Source: Patescibacteria group bacterium
GTDB lineage: Bacteria; Patescibacteriota; Minisyncoccia; Minisyncoccales; Staskawiczbacteraceae
Reading direction: 5' to 3'
DNA length: 64,000 nucleotides
NCBI GenBank assembly: GCA_018829965.1
Contig: JAHJTG010000016.1
Coordinates: 93,537 to 157,536 of the forward strand
Shown here: one piece after another, positions 34,580 through 42,905 of the stretch
Position numbering within the stretch: the stretch's first letter is position 1
How the letters are laid out: every line of letters starts with the position of its first letter
The notes under the pieces: model-generated
Seen by the model: the letters and a program-made list of their open reading frames with translations, nothing else
Database searches by the model: none
Told to the model about the DNA's origin: nothing
Translations under genes and position numbers: made by a program

Positions 34580-34913
34580 TTGCGCTGCCTGGAATTGCAC
34601 CAGGGCCTTCAGCTTCTTTTTATACCTTTTATTTCTAAAAGGAATGGACTATACCATGTCGCCCGAGGCGACTTCCTATTATAGTCTCTGAACCTCCCGC
34701 CTTTATTTAAAGGACGGTTTGGATGCTGATTGCCAAATCTCTTTTCTTTTCAAACGTTCGCGTTTATCCTTACGGATTCCGCTGTCGTGAAAAAAGCTCT
34801 AATGGGTTTCCAGCAGTTTAAGGAATTTTTCCGCTGAGTGTTGCCACTCAGGGTCACACTTGGGCCTTTGGCCTTTATATGAGACTGACGAGGTACTACT
34901 CCTCCACAGCGCT
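34580..34913 (-). tRNA. tRNA(CAU) gene interrupted by a group I intron in the anticodon loop (exons 34913-34879 and 34615-34580)
   Basis: Exon 1 AGCGCTGTGGAGGAGTAGTACCTCGTCAGTCTCAT. Exon 2 AAGCTGAAGGCCCTGGTGCAATTCCAGGCAGCGCAA. Joined, they give a 71-nt cloverleaf with loop CTCATAA. Confidence 0.8.
34616..34878 (-). ncRNA. Group I intron (~263 nt)
   Basis: The 5' exon ends in U, which is pairable with an internal GTGTGA guide (U-G wobble). Conserved TTCAGAGACTATA core. The last intron nucleotide is G. Same insertion site (after CAU) as the cyanobacterial tRNA-fMet introns. Confidence 0.75.
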
Positions 34914-35024
34914 ATTTAAATACTATCATAAAAGGAGATGTAATCAATAGCTCATATTTCAGCCGATATAGGTAAAACAAAAAAACACCCGCCCAAGGCA
35001 AGTGTTTTTCATACTGCAATCTAA

Positions 35025-35282
35025 CTAAGATAAATGTTTTGAAACTAATTTTGTCATTTCAAACATATTCACTACTTTCTTTCCGCCAAAAACTGCTTTC
35101 AAGTTTTCATCAGCGTTGATGTTCCTTCTATTTTTGCTATCCTGTAAGTTGTTTTTCTTTATATACATCCAAAGTTTCTTTACAACCTGGGGACGGGACA
35201 TAGGACCCTTGCCTACTACTGCTTCTAAATCAGCAGTGAGCTTTAACGGCTTCATAAAAGCCGAATTTGCTTTTCCTGGCAT
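35025..35282 (-). CDS. SWIB/MDM2-domain protein
   Basis: PLKLTADLEAVVGKGPMSRPQVVKKLWMYIKKNNLQD...MFEMTKLVSKHL. Confidence 0.8.
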   Translation of the reverse strand: MPGKANSAFMKPLKLTADLEAVVGKGPMSRPQVVKKLWMYIKKNNLQDSKNRRNINADENLKAVFGGKKVVNMFEMTKLVSKHLS

Positions 35283-35390
35283 ATTTTTTTTATTCGACTT
35301 AACCCAGTATTAACCGTAAGCTATGTCGAAAGTTAATTATAATTATTGTATCTAATATAATACTACCATATATCCTAAATCAAGACAACC

Positions 35391-37319
35391 TTACTGCCTG
35401 CTCTTAAATATCTCCAAGAATGCCCGATGGGAGATTTCAACCCTCCCCTTCTCCTTTAATAGCTTTTTTCCTTTCTTCTGTTTCTCTAAAAGTTTTCTTT
35501 TTCTTGTCACATCTCCTCCGTATAGATAACCGGTGACATCCTTTCTTCTGGCCCTGATTGTTTCACGGGCTAAAACCTTGCCTTGAACTACTGCCTGCAA
35601 AGCAACTGAGAATTGTTCCGGAGGCAAAACATCTTTTAATTTTTCTACCAAAAACTTTCCTTCCCTATATGCTTCGTCTTCGGAAACAATCTTTGAAAAC
35701 GCTTCTTCTGAGTGTCCTGCAATCCAAATTTCCATTTTTACCAAATTACCTGGCCTAAAACCTAAAACCTTATAGTTCATTGAAGCATAACCTTGGCTTA
35801 CGCTTTTTACTTTATCGTAAAGATTGCTAATAATCCCGCGCAAAGGCACTTCATAAATAATAATTGCCCTATCTTGGCCAAAATATTGGGTATCAACATA
35901 GATTCCTCCGGTATTTTTTAAAATATCAGAAAGCTTGCTTATGTAAACACTCGGGGTAATAAGCTCTAAAGACACCCAAGGCTCTTCAGTTTTTTGGATA
36001 AAGGTAGCATCCGGCCAATCCGAAGCTGAATAGATAAATTCTTCTTTGCCCTTTTGATTAAAGATTTTATAAACAACCGATGGCGTTGAAATCACTAGAT
36101 TAAGACCGAATTCTCTTCTTAGTCTTTCAGAAGCAATCTCAACGTGTAAAGTACCTAAAAATCCGCATCTGTATCCTCTGCCTAAAGCTTCTTTTGTTTC
36201 GGGCTCAAATATAAAAGATGGGTCGCTTAACTTTAGTTTTGCCAATGCGTCTTTTAATAAATCAAAGTCGCCAGCATCCTGCGGATAAAAACTGGCAAAA
36301 ACCATTGGTCTTGGTTCTAGATAACCATGCAGGGGTTGGATTTCAGAGGCTTTTAATTTAAACTGCTGGCTTGAAACAATTGTATCGCCGACCCTTACCT
36401 TGCCTGGCTCTTTAATTCCTGTAGCAATATATCCGATTTCACCTGCTGAAATCTTTCCTTGAGCAACAGGTCCTGGCATAAAATATCCTATTTCTTTTAT
36501 CTCTGCTTCAGTATTCGTAACCATCAACCTTACTCTCTCGCCTGCGTTAATTTCACCATCAACAACTCTGATAAAAGCAATGACTCCTTTATAGGCATCA
36601 TAATCTGAATCAAAAATTAAAGCCCTAAAAGGTTTTTGAGTATTTATTTCTGGAACAGGAACTTCTTCAATAATTTTACTTAAAAGAGTATCTACATTAG
36701 CTCCTGTTTTCCCAGAGATTCTAAGAATTTTCTCCGGATCAATGCTTAAAAGATTAGCGATTTCTAAAGCGCTTTCTTCAATTCTGGCATCTGGCGCATC
36801 TATTTTATTCACCACAGGAATTATTACTAAATTTTGTTGTTTAGCCAACTCTAAATTAGCTAATGTCTGGGCTTGAATGCCTTGAGTGGCATCAACCAAT
36901 AAAACTGCTCCTTCAACTGCAGCCAAAGCTCTTGAAACTTCGTAGGAGAAATCAACGTGGCCTGGAGTATCTACCAAGTTCAAAACATATTTTAAACTTG
37001 GAAACTCTAAATTCGAAGCACTAAATTCTAAACTATTGGTTTCGGATTTTGGGTTTTGGGTTTTGGGTTTATTTAGAATTTCGGATTTAGGATTTAGGAT
37101 TTGCGAATGATATATCATTCGTACTGGTTTAAGTTTAATTGTAATCCCCTTTTCTCTTTCTAAGTCCATTCTATCCAAAAACTGCGGTTTCATTTTACCC
37201 GGCTTTACCGCTCCAGTTATTTCTAAAAATCTATCGGCTAAGGTAGATTTCCCATGGTCAATATGGCTAATAATTACAAAATTACGTATATTCTCCTGCA
37301 TATTTATATTTTTTACCAA
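35391..37319 (-). CDS. lepA: Elongation factor 4 (LepA)
   Basis: NFVIISHIDHGKSTL, DTPGHVDF, NKID, LepA C-terminal domain. Contains a ~37-codon heptamer-array insertion. Confidence 0.93.
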   Translation of the reverse strand: MVKNINMQENIRNFVIISHIDHGKSTLADRFLEITGAVKPGKMKPQFLDRMDLEREKGITIKLKPVRMIYHSQILNPKSEILNKPKTQNPKSETNSLEFSASNLEFPSLKYVLNLVDTPGHVDFSYEVSRALAAVEGAVLLVDATQGIQAQTLANLELAKQQNLVIIPVVNKIDAPDARIEESALEIANLLSIDPEKILRISGKTGANVDTLLSKIIEEVPVPEINTQKPFRALIFDSDYDAYKGVIAFIRVVDGEINAGERVRLMVTNTEAEIKEIGYFMPGPVAQGKISAGEIGYIATGIKEPGKVRVGDTIVSSQQFKLKASEIQPLHGYLEPRPMVFASFYPQDAGDFDLLKDALAKLKLSDPSFIFEPETKEALGRGYRCGFLGTLHVEIASERLRREFGLNLVISTPSVVYKIFNQKGKEEFIYSASDWPDATFIQKTEEPWVSLELITPSVYISKLSDILKNTGGIYVDTQYFGQDRAIIIYEVPLRGIISNLYDKVKSVSQGYASMNYKVLGFRPGNLVKMEIWIAGHSEEAFSKIVSEDEAYREGKFLVEKLKDVLPPEQFSVALQAVVQGKVLARETIRARRKDVTGYLYGGDVTRKRKLLEKQKKGKKLLKEKGRVEISHRAFLEIFKSRQ

Positions 37320-37454
37320 TCGCTTGGCTTGACAGCGCTTGTTGATTTGCTATTATTAATATGTGCTTGTGGGCGAAAGCCCCGTTCAGCCAAGGATTTC
37401 CTAAGCTGAAGGCAAGCACGACAAAAATGCTGTCCATTGGACGGCTTTTTTGTT

Positions 37455-37919
37455 TTATTCGTCTTCAATGCCATCGGTATATAATTTTTGTCCTCTCTTA
37501 AGGTTTGAATCTGGCATAACGCTCCAAAAAATAATATTGCCATCACCTACCCTTTTCAAAACTACTCTAATTTTAATATTAGAATCGCCAATAATCGCTA
37601 TAAATGTCCAAAACTCTACGTTTTTTGTTTTTTTGAGTCCATCTTTACCCGTCTTACCAATAGGGGCAAATCCCCTCCTAATTTCTTGGAGTGTCCCAGA
37701 ATTTCTAATAACTTTTAAAGCCAGCGGTAAAAGACTGAATTTAAGAATTTGTTCTCTTTTATTTCTTTCTCTCCTCGCAGAAAATTGTAAATGATGAAAT
37801 CCATCGGAATTCAAAACAATATCGCTTTTAAAATAAGGGCTGTAAATCGTTTTTTGGGTGTAATATATAGCCCTTGCTTTTTCCTTTTTTTGATTGAAAT
37901 ACTCAATATTTATATCCAT
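37455..37919 (-). CDS. Hypothetical protein (154 aa)
   Basis: ORF only. No motif recognised. Confidence 0.4.
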   Translation of the reverse strand: MDINIEYFNQKKEKARAIYYTQKTIYSPYFKSDIVLNSDGFHHLQFSARRERNKREQILKFSLLPLALKVIRNSGTLQEIRRGFAPIGKTGKDGLKKTKNVEFWTFIAIIGDSNIKIRVVLKRVGDGNIIFWSVMPDSNLKRGQKLYTDGIEDE

Positions 37920-37926
37920 TGTTTTT

Positions 37927-39597
37927 TTACTTTTTATTCTTCCCGTTTAAAAATCCGACTTGGCTTAAAACAAAATTTTTGAGATGTTTCACTTCGGGGG
38001 ACTTAAAAATATAGGTAGCCAATAGATAGAATGAAAATCCTAAACCTCCGGAAATTAAAGCTTGGAACAAAATTGTCAAAAAAGTTTTCTCGCCTATATA
38101 ACCACCAACAACCTGACGAACGAAATAAGTGAAAAATATCGTTAAAAAGGTTGCAACTAAAACTTTTTTTAAGGAGGACAAAATTTCTTTTGTATGGAAA
38201 TTAATAACTTTCTTTTTAAAAATAACAATTAATAAAAATAATTGTAAAACAGCATTTAACGAAATTGCTAATGGCAAACCGACAACGGCTAAATTTTGCA
38301 TACCTTCAATTTTTAAAAATTGACTTAATAAAATAGAAAAGAAGTTTTGGAAACCTAAAGCCCAAACAAAAAAATAACCGAACGCGGCCGTACTGGCTAT
38401 ACTGATAATACTGATTAAGGCTGGAGTTTTTGTATCGTGCATTGCGTAAAAAGCTTTGGCTAAAAGATAAATTAATCCCTGGGCAAAAAGACTTAACATA
38501 AAAATTCCAAAACAAGCAGCGGTCAATTTAGTGGCTGACCAATCAAACTTTCCAGCGCCGAAAGCAATTCTTACGAGATGAGCTCTTAAAATAAATGCGA
38601 TGGCGCTTATGGGAATTATTAGAAATAGAATTTGGCGAAAAACCGAAGTAAATTTAGCAAGCATTTCTTTTTTATCTCCTTTTGAAAAAGCCAAAGACAA
38701 AGCCGGAAAAACAGCAATGGCAAACGGAATAGCAACCAAGCCAATTATCGGCAAGGACAAATCGTTAGCTAAACTAAAAACACCAATGCTCCCAGGAATT
38801 AATGTTGAACCGATGATAGTAATGACAACCAAGTTAATTTGAGCGGCAGCTAAACCAATTGCTCTAGGCACAGTGAGTTTTAAAGTTAACAAAAATTCCT
38901 TGTCAAGAAAATTAAAGACATTCTGGATTTTAAAGCCAATTTTAAATAATGTGGGCAACTGAATTATAAGATGGAGAATGGCTCCCAAAACAATACCCCA
39001 TGCAAGGCCTGAAATCCCCATCCTGGGAACAAAAAATATAATACCGATTATACTGCCAAGATTATAGACTATTGGAGCTAAAGCAGTTATTAAAAACCTT
39101 TGGAAAACCCTTAAAATAGCAGAGATTATATTACTAATACCCATTAAAATCGGGCTTAAAAACATTATTCTGGTCAGCGTAGTTGTAATTTCCCTTTTCT
39201 CTCCTGAAAAACCCGGCGCAATTAAAGAAATCAATTGAGGGGTAAAAATAAATAAAATCCCACAGATTATAATCAAACCAACCAAAGCTAGGTTTAAAAG
39301 ATTAGATATATAGTTAAAAGCTTCTTTCCTGCTTCTTATTAAGTTTTTAGTAAAAATTGGAATAACTGCGACACCGATAGCGCCAGTCATTAAAACCATC
39401 GCGACAAAGTCCGGAATACGAAATGCAGTATAATAAACATCAAGCTCATTCCCCAATCCATATCTTCCGGTTAATAAACGGTCTCTTAATATCCCTAAAA
39501 CAAAACTTAGAAAAGAGAAAACGGACAAAATTAAAGCGGCCAAAGAAATATTTTTGGCCTCATGATTATATATTTTTTTAAGAAGATTTTTTAACAT
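37927..39597 (-). CDS. murJ: Lipid II flippase MurJ (MviN family)
   Basis: 556 aa, about 14 TM helices. N-terminal LGILRDRLLTGRYGLGNELDVYYTAFRIPD is typical of MurJ. Confidence 0.85.
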   Translation of the reverse strand: MLKNLLKKIYNHEAKNISLAALILSVFSFLSFVLGILRDRLLTGRYGLGNELDVYYTAFRIPDFVAMVLMTGAIGVAVIPIFTKNLIRSRKEAFNYISNLLNLALVGLIIICGILFIFTPQLISLIAPGFSGEKREITTTLTRIMFLSPILMGISNIISAILRVFQRFLITALAPIVYNLGSIIGIIFFVPRMGISGLAWGIVLGAILHLIIQLPTLFKIGFKIQNVFNFLDKEFLLTLKLTVPRAIGLAAAQINLVVITIIGSTLIPGSIGVFSLANDLSLPIIGLVAIPFAIAVFPALSLAFSKGDKKEMLAKFTSVFRQILFLIIPISAIAFILRAHLVRIAFGAGKFDWSATKLTAACFGIFMLSLFAQGLIYLLAKAFYAMHDTKTPALISIISIASTAAFGYFFVWALGFQNFFSILLSQFLKIEGMQNLAVVGLPLAISLNAVLQLFLLIVIFKKKVINFHTKEILSSLKKVLVATFLTIFFTYFVRQVVGGYIGEKTFLTILFQALISGGLGFSFYLLATYIFKSPEVKHLKNFVLSQVGFLNGKNKK

Positions 39598-39607
39598 TAA
39601 AGTTAGA

Positions 39608-39862
39608 AAGCGAGGTGTTAGCGTTAAAAGTAAATTTCACAGGCTCAATTCCCAATCTGTTGAGCGAGGCGACGAGTTTAAAGATAAATTTCGCAGGCTC
39701 AATTCCCAAACTGTTAAGCGAGGCGACGAGTTTAAAAGTAAATTTCGCAGGCAATTTAGCATGGTTTCGCCGATTGGCGACCGCAACCGACCGCAACACC
39801 GGGTGTTGCGGAGTAAGGGGTTTGGATTATCGCCACTTTTATGGCTACTGCCGAGCGACATT
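39608..39862. repeat. Expanded AGCGAGG...CCGAGCGA element: ~2.6 tandem 54-55-bp units plus a conserved ~110-bp GC-rich module
   Basis: Units start at 39608, 39663 and 39717. The tail gcatggtttcgccgattggcg...ccgcaacaccgggtgttgcgg...attatcgccacttttat...ccgagcgaca is shared with 44618-44826. Confidence 0.7.
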
Positions 39863-40549
39863 TCTAATAATGATAATCGGTGTTTGTTCGTCTGATTGCC
39901 CAGCTGGGTTGTCTTTCAAGATTTTAAGCAATAATTTTTCCTTGCCAATTAAATCCCGACTCCTGCCTAAAATATTGCCACCTAAATCATTGACATCAGA
40001 CACGCAAAAAGAAAAACCAAATTTTTCTTCTAATTTGTCGCACAATGAGTCGCAGCCAACAGGGCCAAAAATTCCCATTTCTGTATATTGAGGAAAAAAT
40101 TTCCCATAAAATCCGTCTAACTCGTTTATCTGATTACCGACTATCCTATAAAAAATACCTGATATCCCAAATAATTTACAGATCATGCCACAAAATCCGG
40201 CAAAAAAAATCCGGGGAAGGCCGGCCAAATTTATCGCGACTTGCATTTTTAATGGATTCCCTACTGAAAAACCGTAAGGTGTTTTTTTAGCGAATTTTGA
40301 TAAAAATTTTGCCCAAAAACCAACTCTAATGTCTTTTTTATAAACAATCCTTTTCTGCAGAATTGAAACTATCTTTTGACCCAAAGCAACAATATCGCCC
40401 TTCTGGGCAACTGACAAAACATATTTTTCTATAATATCCTCAAAACCATCTTCAACTCCAATAAAATGAGTTTTTATAGGATAGCGAAACCATTTCTGAC
40501 TGCCAACTTCAATTATTAAATTTTTCCCAAAATTTGGAACAGCCTCCAT
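39845..40549 (-). CDS. F420-0:gamma-glutamyl ligase (CofE)-like domain protein
   Basis: KGDIVALGQKIVSILQKR and VSDVNDLGGNILG resemble CofE-family motifs. This is a weak call from memory. Start taken at MEAVPNF. Confidence 0.45.
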   Translation of the reverse strand: MEAVPNFGKNLIIEVGSQKWFRYPIKTHFIGVEDGFEDIIEKYVLSVAQKGDIVALGQKIVSILQKRIVYKKDIRVGFWAKFLSKFAKKTPYGFSVGNPLKMQVAINLAGLPRIFFAGFCGMICKLFGISGIFYRIVGNQINELDGFYGKFFPQYTEMGIFGPVGCDSLCDKLEEKFGFSFCVSDVNDLGGNILGRSRDLIGKEKLLLKILKDNPAGQSDEQTPIIIIRNVARQ

Positions 40550-40563
40550 GTTTATTAAAAAAA

Positions 40564-41694
40564 TTAGATTGAACCCCAAACGTCATTAGTCCTTTGACCA
40601 CTGGTTAACATTCCTCCCATAAAAAATAACCTATTTTTAAAATCCACGCAAGCGGAATCTTCTCTCCCCTTCCAAGGGGATTGAGCTTCTGGTTTTTGCC
40701 AACCAATGCCATCTTTTGAAAACCAGACATCGTTAAATCCTTTTCCGTAGCCTGACCATCCGCCAATTATCCAAAGATAGCCTTCATAACCGATAAAACA
40801 ATGCCCATGCCGTCCAGTCCAAGGAACTTTTGGGACAACGAGCTCCCATTTTATGCCATCATCAGAAACCCACACCTCAGACATACCCATCTTACCAGGA
40901 AAAACGCCGGCAGAAAGCCATAATCTATTATTAAAAACTTCTATAGCCATGTCGTATCGCGGAGACCAGCTTGCGTTATCTACAGCTAAAAGCCAATCCT
41001 TGCCATTTTCTGAATACCAAACGTCATTTTTCATTCCTTCTGAAGACGCTCCGCCGAATACCCAAATTTTATCGTTATAAACAGCTGAACTAAAACCTTT
41101 TCTTGGAGACCAACCAGCACTCTTTGTGGCTTGAACCCAATTTATCCCATCTTCCGAGCTCCAAACATCATTTAGATATTTTCCATCTGTAGTCACTCCA
41201 CCCAAGAGCCAAATTTTATTGTTAAAAACTACTGAATCGTGAGCTCGTCTTAAGCCCCAAGGAGCTTTATTTGTAACTAAAGTCCAATTTATTCCATCTT
41301 CTGAACTCCAAACATCACTATAATTTTGAGTGTAATCAGGAGCTTTACCGCCTATCCCGCCCAAAAGCCAGATTTTATCTTTAAAAACAACTGCGGTGTG
41401 AGCATCTCTTCCAAGCCACTGCGCTTTAACGCTAACCATTTGCCAATTTAATTTTATTGGTTCAAAAAGCGGATTATCGTTTTTAACAATCGGGACTATT
41501 TCTCCTTCTTTATTTATCTCCGGTGTATCAATATTAGGCATATCAGCTACAGAAATCGGAGTAACTATTGTATATGAGACAACAACTTCATTTGTTTTCA
41601 AAATAAAAAAAGAGATAGGAAATAATATCCCTACAAATATAAATAAAAATAATACTATTTTTTCTAATAAATTATAGTCTATGGAGTCTTGCAT
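40564..41694 (-). CDS. Membrane-anchored beta-propeller protein with Kelch/Asp-box-like repeats
   Basis: N-terminal TM helix, then about 6 repeats of DVWxSxDGxxW...W..R.....V.F..K.W..GG. Confidence 0.7.
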   Translation of the reverse strand: MQDSIDYNLLEKIVLFLFIFVGILFPISFFILKTNEVVVSYTIVTPISVADMPNIDTPEINKEGEIVPIVKNDNPLFEPIKLNWQMVSVKAQWLGRDAHTAVVFKDKIWLLGGIGGKAPDYTQNYSDVWSSEDGINWTLVTNKAPWGLRRAHDSVVFNNKIWLLGGVTTDGKYLNDVWSSEDGINWVQATKSAGWSPRKGFSSAVYNDKIWVFGGASSEGMKNDVWYSENGKDWLLAVDNASWSPRYDMAIEVFNNRLWLSAGVFPGKMGMSEVWVSDDGIKWELVVPKVPWTGRHGHCFIGYEGYLWIIGGWSGYGKGFNDVWFSKDGIGWQKPEAQSPWKGREDSACVDFKNRLFFMGGMLTSGQRTNDVWGSI

Positions 41695-41873
41695 AAAATT
41701 TTATTTAACAGGATTTTATAGACTTATTCTAATCATTTTTTAACAATTTTACAAATTTAGCCAGTAGAGACTCGCCCTCCACGTAATTTTATTGCAGGTA
41801 TTGCAGGGTCGGACCTTGCAATAATTTTGAACCGACAGAAGCCTGTCCTCTGCGGAATTACTTCCACGGAATT

Positions 41874-41901
41874 AAAAAGCCCGTCATATAACGGGGTTTT
41901 T
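41874..41901 (-). terminator. Terminator after rnpB
   Basis: Minus strand reads aaaaaccccgt-tatatg-acgggc followed by TTTTT. Confidence 0.6.
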
Positions 41902-41904
41902 AAT

Positions 41905-42280
41905 ATCTCAACAAGACTATAAGCCGAATTCTGTTCTATGTGATCATCTGTCTGGACCAAAAATTACTCTTTGGTTCTTGCGAACTACTTTTAACAGAAA
42001 TTCAAGATGAAATTAACCTAAATTTCTGCTTTGTTCTTGCGCCCAGTAAGGATTTAGCCGTTTCATTTCCGTATTACTACGGAATTCGCCCCCCTTCGCA
42101 TAAAGCTACGGAAGGGCGTTTTAATCCTTTCGAATTAAAACGTTTCTGCTCGCACCTCTAACCTCGCGGTCGACGGCTGTTAGCCGCTACTTTTTTAGAG
42201 TCGCCTAAGCGACAATGGGTGTTCGGACTTTCCTCCCTTTATCAATTAAGATAAAGAGCGATCACTCGTCTTGTTGAGAC
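41905..42280 (-). ncRNA. rnpB: RNase P RNA (bacterial type A)
   Basis: P1 TCTCAACAAGAC/GTCTTGTTGAGA. P3 hairpin CTTTATC-TTAATT-GATAAAG. CR-I GGGAGGAAAGTCCGAACACCC. CR-V ACAGAATTCGGCTTATAG. Confidence 0.85.
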
Positions 42281-42286
42281 AATTAT

Positions 42287-42315
42287 ATAATACCAAACCT
42301 TTAACCCCTTGTCAA
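42287..42315 (-). promoter_or_regulatory. Sigma-70-type promoter for rnpB
   Basis: TTGACA (42315-42310), 17-nt spacer, TATTAT (42292-42287). The P1 helix starts 6-7 nt downstream. Confidence 0.7.
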
Positions 42316-42380
42316 ATTAGAATTGGGGTGTCCGACATAGAATTGGGGTGTCCGACACCCCAATAACTCAATGAAATTAA

Positions 42381-42421
42381 AAGAAAACCCGCTAAAACAG
42401 TTTTCTTCTGCTTTAGCGGGT
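42381..42421 (-). terminator. Rho-independent terminator
   Basis: 10-bp stem acccgctaaa/tttagcgggt followed by TTTCTTTT on the minus strand. Confidence 0.7.
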
Positions 42422-42432
42422 TATTATACCCT

Positions 42433-42786
42433 TCATTCTTCTGACGACCAGTCTGTCCCTATATGTGGAGGTATTATAGGCTGAACGACACATCTGACGT
42501 AAGCTTTTTGAAAGTATGAACGTTTGGTTGCTTCACTAAGACGCCTGCAAACTTCTTTCAGTAATTCTGCGGTTACATATAAACCGACGACTGAAATAAT
42601 TATTTCTCCTCCTAATCCTTTTTTGTAAAGATCCTGGGGGAAAAATATTGAAACCCCATCTTGAGAAACGTTTAACCCCTTAACGCCACTGATGAGAATC
42701 TGGAAATCGGCTATCATTTCTGCCAACAATTCCTGACTAGTACATAGGGGCACCCCATAAACGATAATAGTAACTTTATTATTCAT
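42433..42786 (-). CDS. Hypothetical protein (117 aa)
   Basis: AAGGAG 7 nt upstream of the ATG at 42786. No motif recognised. Confidence 0.45.
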   Translation of the reverse strand: MNNKVTIIVYGVPLCTSQELLAEMIADFQILISGVKGLNVSQDGVSIFFPQDLYKKGLGGEIIISVVGLYVTAELLKEVCRRLSEATKRSYFQKAYVRCVVQPIIPPHIGTDWSSEE

Positions 42787-42905
42787 CAATCATCTCCTTA
42801 TCAAAAAATTTTCGTCACATATTTTGCTAACAAACAACTATTTATAACATAACATTTTATATCTTTTTTTGTCAAACTAAAATAGAGGGACCAGCCCTCC
42901 ATTTC

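Noticed and set aside
37313-37546. ORF 37313-37546 (minus strand), overlapping the lepA start and the end of the 37455 gene.
   Set aside because: It spans an intergenic structured patch and overlaps two better-supported genes. No coding signal.
39608-39760. Tandem ~54-bp units as a small CRISPR array.
   Set aside because: The whole unit is conserved between copies, so there is no alternation of constant repeat and unique spacer. There are only 2.6 units and no cas genes in the window.
39578-40091. ORFs 39578-39799, 39615-40091, 39637-39861 and 44620-44829, which encode repetitive peptides.
   Set aside because: They are read-throughs of the modular repeat elements. The periodic peptides mirror the DNA repeats, they overlap each other on both strands, and they lack start-site signals.
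41757-42161. ORFs 41757-41960 (minus) and 41940-42161 (plus).
   Set aside because: They overlap the rnpB gene and its terminator. The region is explained by RNase P RNA conserved regions CR-I and CR-V and the P1 pairing.
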